Shown here: positions 61,382-64,000 of the stretch, piece after piece
Layout: every line of letters starts with the position of its first letter
Numbering within the stretch: position 1 is the first letter of the stretch
NCBI GenBank assembly: GCA_965237635.1
Contig: CBDEFX010000002.1
Location: 402,554-466,553, forward strand
DNA: 64,000 nt
Source: Dehalococcoidia bacterium
GTDB taxonomy: Bacteria; Chloroflexota; Dehalococcoidia; Lucifugimonadales; CAUZJF01
Direction: 5' to 3'
Translations under genes and position numbers: made by a program
The notes under the pieces: generated by a model
The model's input: the letters and a program-made list of their open reading frames with translations, nothing else
Database searches by the model: none
Told to the model about the DNA's origin: nothing

Positions 61382-64000
61382 CTACTCGGTCTCGAAGCCG
61401 CTGTCGTCGAACTCCAGGGTGCGGCTGTTCTCGGTGACTATCCGCACGACCTGTTCCGGCGCGCCGTCTGGTATGTTGGCTTTGATTTCGAGGGTCAGCT
61501 TCACGTCCGCCCCAAGCAGTCCCGCAAGATGAGCAATCACTTCATCAGCAACTTGACTCGCGTCTCTCCCGACGCGGGTGGGGTCCAATTTCACCGACCC
61601 ATGGTAACGTCTGGCCGAAGGTCGTGGAGGAGGCGCAGGTGGGTTCGGGGCCGGGGTCTCTCGCACCTCTCCGCCACTTGATGGCTCTTGGACGTAAGTA
61701 GTCCCACCCCCTTCAGTGGGAGTGGCCGGAGGCGCTGTCTCCGAATCCATCTGCCTTCGGGCGACCTGGGGATGAACCACGAGGCCAGGGTCGTTATCGG
61801 CGAGTGCGCCTCGGGGTCCAGACTGGAGACCCCGGTATCTTCCCGCGCTATCGTCATAACCATCGGCGTATGCGAAGGAGTCCTGCTCCCACGTCATCAA
61901 TGCCAGGCCGTTACGTATCGCCTCTAGCAAGACCGATGGGTCCTTGAGTCTGGGCAGGTAGGAATATCGGGCGAAGTCGTCTACCAACTGCCGCACCGCA
62001 ACATGTTCTCCCCGCCACAGCGGAATCCGATCCAACTCCATTCGCAGGCGGGTACCCGCGAAGGTCGTCACCAGCAACTCATCGTTGCGCATCCTCCTAC
62101 TAGCCCGCTCGGCAAGAGGCCCCTGCCCGGCCAATCTAATGGCTTGCCATTCAACGTCGGCCTGGGGGGTAGTCTGCACAGGGACCAGCAACCACTGATA
62201 GGTCTCTCCAATCCGGGCAGCGACGGCGCCTTCGGCGGCAGTCCGCTGGGACTCCGCCTGTCGTACCTGATGCGGCGGAAGGTCGAGAGGCTCCTTGTCG
62301 TCAAGGATCGACTGCCAAGCTAGGTAGCGCCTTACTCCGTCCTCTAGGTCCTGGAGGCGCGTATCATCCGCTGCCAGGAAGACTAGGGTGTTCCTGAACA
62401 GGCGCGGCGTGTTCCCTCGAGACTCCAGCATGGCTTTGGCGGCGGTAATGGCGCGGCTACCCGACCCTCCCTCCCGCGCGTGCGGGTAGGTCGGACCGAG
62501 CACCACCAGGCTCGCATCCTGGTCGTCTTGCACGTCGTGGGATGACGGGGGAAGGATGTGGACCTTGTTGAAATCGCCTCGAACACTCAGGTCTGCTCGG
62601 AGCCGCCGTTCGATCTCCTGGTCCACCTTGTCGCGGTTTCGCCGGTATTCTTCGGCCCGGCTCTCGGCGAGGGTGGCCACTGTAGGCTGGGTCGAGTACC
62701 AATAGCGAGTACCATCCTGGTACAGGTAGGTAGCGGCACTTCCGAGACGCCGCATCGCGTCACCGAATACAGCGGCTGGTTCTCCTGGAATGACGCATCC
62801 AAGCTTGATACGCCGGTCTTCGATTCCCTGGTTCGCCGCCCCCGGGATGGGGGCGGAGCCCAGGTAGATAGAGCGAGCCACCCGGCGACAGGCGCCGTAC
62901 TTGCCAAGGTTGGGCACCTCGCCGTCCAGTCTCAAGGGAAGAGAGTTCGCGCCGTCTATATCACGCTCTATGACGGGGAGCCAGTTGTCTGGAAGGTATC
63001 GCGTGAGCTCGAATTGCACGCGTGGGTCGTCCAGGGGCACGTTGGCCGGCAGAATCAGGGGATTGCGGTCGCCCTTCTCCCAGAGGCTGTGGATCACCGC
63101 CGCCATGAGGCGCAAGACGCCGCGAGTACGCTGGAAGCTCTGTAGGGTTGACCAATCGCTATAGAGCCGCTCAAAGACCTCCGGGTGAATGGGGTACGCT
63201 GCCCTGACGCGCTTCTCGTAGTCCGCTTCGACACACTCTGGAGGGAACTCCTGGTGGCTTGTGCGGTAAAGGTCGCAAAAAGCGCGGGCCACGTTGTCAC
63301 GGGTGGCGAAATTAGCTGGGTCGACGATGGGCTGGAACAAGCGGCGGCGAACGATCTCGAAGCTCTCCTCCGCACTGGCTGGACGCCAGGGGGAATCGAC
63401 ACGTCCGATGACGTTTCGTAGACGACTAAGCGCGGCCCGACCTCTCAGTCCGCCCACCTCCACGTCGTCGGCCTCCGCATGGGACGAATCCATAGAGTCG
63501 GAGGCCGGAAGGCTGATGACCAGCAGGCAGTTCTTAGCGAGCTTCGCCGATTCCGACAATGCCTGCGCGAAGGTAAACTGGGTCTCAAAGCTACCAGCCG
63601 GAAGGTCGCCCTCGTCGTGGAGCTGCCTGGCGTAGGCCACCCATTCGTCGATCAAGATGAGGGACGGGCCATACTCGTTCAGAAGCTCGCGCAGGGCGTC
63701 GCCTGGATTAGTGGCGCGTTCGTCGTCAGCACGCACCCGTTCGTAGGCCCGACGGGCTTCAGCCTGGCCCCCTGCCGTCTGCCCGAGCTGCCAGGCAAGC
63801 TCTCCCCACAACGTTCGTACTTCCGTGCCATCCGTCTTTGACACTGGGTTGCCCGGCGATATTCGGTTGCCGACCAGGACCACCCGGTTCACTGAAGGGA
63901 GCGCTGCTACGCCAGTTTCCTGCATCACCGCATCCATGCCGGACAGTCCGCCTACCGGCGCGCCGGAGAAGAGATGGTAAAGGACCAGCATCGAGTGGGT
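61382..64000 (-). CDS. DUF499-family ATPase, 3' part (runs off the window end)
   Basis: RTLWGELAWQL, LILIDEWVAYARQL, EIVRRRLF, AYPIHPE, FQRTRGVLRLMA. Confidence 0.88.
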   Translation of the reverse strand, partial: THSMLVLYHLFSGAPVGGLSGMDAVMQETGVAALPSVNRVVLVGNRISPGNPVSKTDGTEVRTLWGELAWQLGQTAGGQAEARRAYERVRADDERATNPGDALRELLNEYGPSLILIDEWVAYARQLHDEGDLPAGSFETQFTFAQALSESAKLAKNCLLVISLPASDSMDSSHAEADDVEVGGLRGRAALSRLRNVIGRVDSPWRPASAEESFEIVRRRLFQPIVDPANFATRDNVARAFCDLYRTSHQEFPPECVEADYEKRVRAAYPIHPEVFERLYSDWSTLQSFQRTRGVLRLMAAVIHSLWEKGDRNPLILPANVPLDDPRVQFELTRYLPDNWLPVIERDIDGANSLPLRLDGEVPNLGKYGACRRVARSIYLGSAPIPGAANQGIEDRRIKLGCVIPGEPAAVFGDAMRRLGSAATYLYQDGTRYWYSTQPTVATLAESRAEEYRRNRDKVDQEIERRLRADLSVRGDFNKVHILPPSSHDVQDDQDASLVVLGPTYPHAREGGSGSRAITAAKAMLESRGNTPRLFRNTLVFLAADDTRLQDLEDGVRRYLAWQSILDDKEPLDLPPHQVRQAESQRTAAEGAVAARIGETYQWLLVPVQTTPQADVEWQAIRLAGQGPLAERASRRMRNDELLVTTFAGTRLRMELDRIPLWRGEHVAVRQLVDDFARYSYLPRLKDPSVLLEAIRNGLALMTWEQDSFAYADGYDDSAGRYRGLQSGPRGALADNDPGLVVHPQVARRQMDSETAPPATPTEGGGTTYVQEPSSGGEVRETPAPNPPAPPPRPSARRYHGSVKLDPTRVGRDASQVADEVIAHLAGLLGADVKLTLEIKANIPDGAPEQVVRIVTENSRTLEFDDSGFETE

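Overview
A GC-rich, heavily eroded bacterial accessory region; the gene style and integration modules suggest Dehalococcoidia-like Chloroflexi, which is an inference. Positions 1-6.5 kb hold metabolic and envelope genes: two aldo/keto reductases, an IolE-like TIM barrel, an HpcH aldolase, an MBL hydrolase plus a deleted duplicate, a lipoprotein and a cyclophilin. Positions 7.1-12.7 kb are a stack of nested IS elements (IS110 relic, two IS256 types, IS3, IS1380). Positions ~12.8-30.2 kb look like one integrative island. It carries a type I R-M operon with embedded passengers and an integration module (Mom-like protein, ParB-like protein, Zn-ribbon protein, coiled-coil protein, resolvase, large serine recombinase) that ends at a tmRNA-3'-end-like att site. 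A 76-nt tRNA-Gly(UCC)-like cloverleaf lies inside the 5' end of the mom-like ORF; it keeps the aminoacylation identity elements but has a non-canonical T-arm, making it a candidate dedicated glycyl donor for DNA modification (top finding). Positions 30.5-42.4 kb contain a Kelch-repeat lipoprotein broken by two IS elements, YihY, a membrane sensor-domain gene interrupted in frame by a 740-nt ORF-less group II intron whose EBS1 matches the exon, a histidine phosphatase and tex, the last flanked by inverted 181-bp att-arm repeats. Positions 43-64 kb are a decaying defence region: truncated DUF262, Fic, a type IIG R-M gene with one amber stop, MazEF, many gene fragments, a second copy of the recombinase module, tRNA-Ile-like att scars and a DUF499 ATPase running off the window. 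I found no intact rRNA, canonical tRNA, tmRNA or CRISPR array. All calls come from reading the sequence; no searches were run.
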